Source of the DNA: Octopus bimaculoides
Lineage: Eukaryota
Assembly: GCF_001194135.2 (NCBI RefSeq)
Contig: NC_068986.1
Span: 67,724,142 to 67,771,778, forward strand
DNA: 47,637 nt
Direction of reading: 5' to 3'
The notes below the pieces were generated by a model. That model saw only the letters and a program-made list of their open reading frames with translations. It was not told the DNA's origin and ran no database searches. Below are positions 46,781 through 47,637 of the stretch, one piece after another. Each line of letters begins with the position of its first letter. Position 1 is the first letter of the stretch. The position numbers and the translations under genes were made by a program.

Positions 46781-47277
46781 TATCTATGTTTGGTGTGTGT
46801 GTGTGTGAATGTGTATGCTACCTGCATTATCAGTATCCCCTATTTATTCACATTTGTTTTATTTTATTTTATTCATTTTATTGATTTTTCTTTCTACTTA
46901 ATTTTTTTATCTTATTAATTTATTGTATTTTGCTTAGGGAAATTACAGAAGCTACACACATAAAAGAAAATAAATCTAACCTTAATAGAAAACTAGAACA
47001 GAAAACTAGCACACCCCTCCACACACCATAACCTGATGACAGAATAAGATCTCCATAAACTAATAATAATATGAAACTAATACAATAGATAAATAAATAA
47101 ATGGAATTAAGTAATTAAATACATAAACAAAATACAATAAATTAATAAAATAAAATAAAAAGTAAGTAGATAAAAACAAATAAATAAAATACAATAAAAC
47201 AAACGTGAATAAACAGGGGACACTGATAATGCAGGTACCATACACATTCCCACACATACACTTACCAAACATAGATA
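46781..47277. repeat. About 150-bp imperfect inverted repeat (46781-46932 and 47128-47277) in the Penelope 3' region
   Basis: tatctatgtttgg...acctgcattatcagtatcccctatttattcac versus gtgaataaacaggggacactgataatgcaggt...ccaaacatagata. Confidence 0.9.
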
Positions 47278-47381
47278 GACACAGGGATATACGCATGCAC
47301 AAATAAAGATACATACAACAGGAACACAAAATGACAGATCCTTAGGAAGGAGAGACACAAAAAAAGAAAGAAGAAAGCAAA

Positions 47382-47426
47382 GGACCACTGACGAGGTCAC
47401 AGAAGTGTGATGAAAGAACTCTGGCC
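47382..47426 (+). ncRNA. Candidate minimal type I hammerhead ribozyme in the Penelope pLTR region
   Basis: GG A CCA CTGACGA G GTCACA GAAG TGTGAT GAAA GAAC TC TGG CC. Stem I 3+2 bp, 6-bp stem II, 1-bp helix III, CUC site. Confidence 0.7.
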
Positions 47427-47637
47427 AAATATAATTCGTATGAAATAAAGTTGAAGCAAGTGAACACCAAATAAATTGCTTGTGTGTTTTCGTTGGGTAA
47501 TTTTGGCAACATGACCTTCCTCAAATATCCCCCAAATATCTGTGTGCATGTGTGTGTATATATACACACACACACATATACATATATATATATATATATA
47601 CATATATTCATATACACATATATTCATATACGCATAT

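Overview
AT-rich, microsatellite-dense eukaryotic genomic DNA from a draft assembly with five N gaps. The repeat families (tRNA-headed SINEs, (GAT)n-tailed RTE-type 3' ends, R4/Dong-like and Tx1-like LINEs) look, from recall, like an octopod cephalopod (Octopus-like); this is inference. I found no confidently supported host protein-coding exon. Recognisable coding sequence belongs to decayed mobile elements: RTE/BovB-like and RTEX-like LINEs, R4/Dong-like RLE retrotransposons, Tx1/L1-like ORF1 and APE fragments, a Penelope-like GIY-YIG endonuclease and a mariner derivative, plus MITEs and SINEs. Most ORFs in the supplied track are microsatellite or antisense artefacts. Best signals: (1) three different minimal type I hammerhead-ribozyme-like motifs (23744-23804 minus, 40488-40523 minus, 47382-47426 plus), the last about 1.1 kb downstream of a Penelope GIY-YIG remnant beside a 150-bp inverted repeat; (2) a sharp change from CpG-retaining to CpG-depleted DNA near 19 kb, visible within copies of one SINE family; (3) an RTE copy with twin-priming-type 5' inversion geometry; (4) several nested or fold-back structures. 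All structures were assigned by eye; no searches or folding programs were run.
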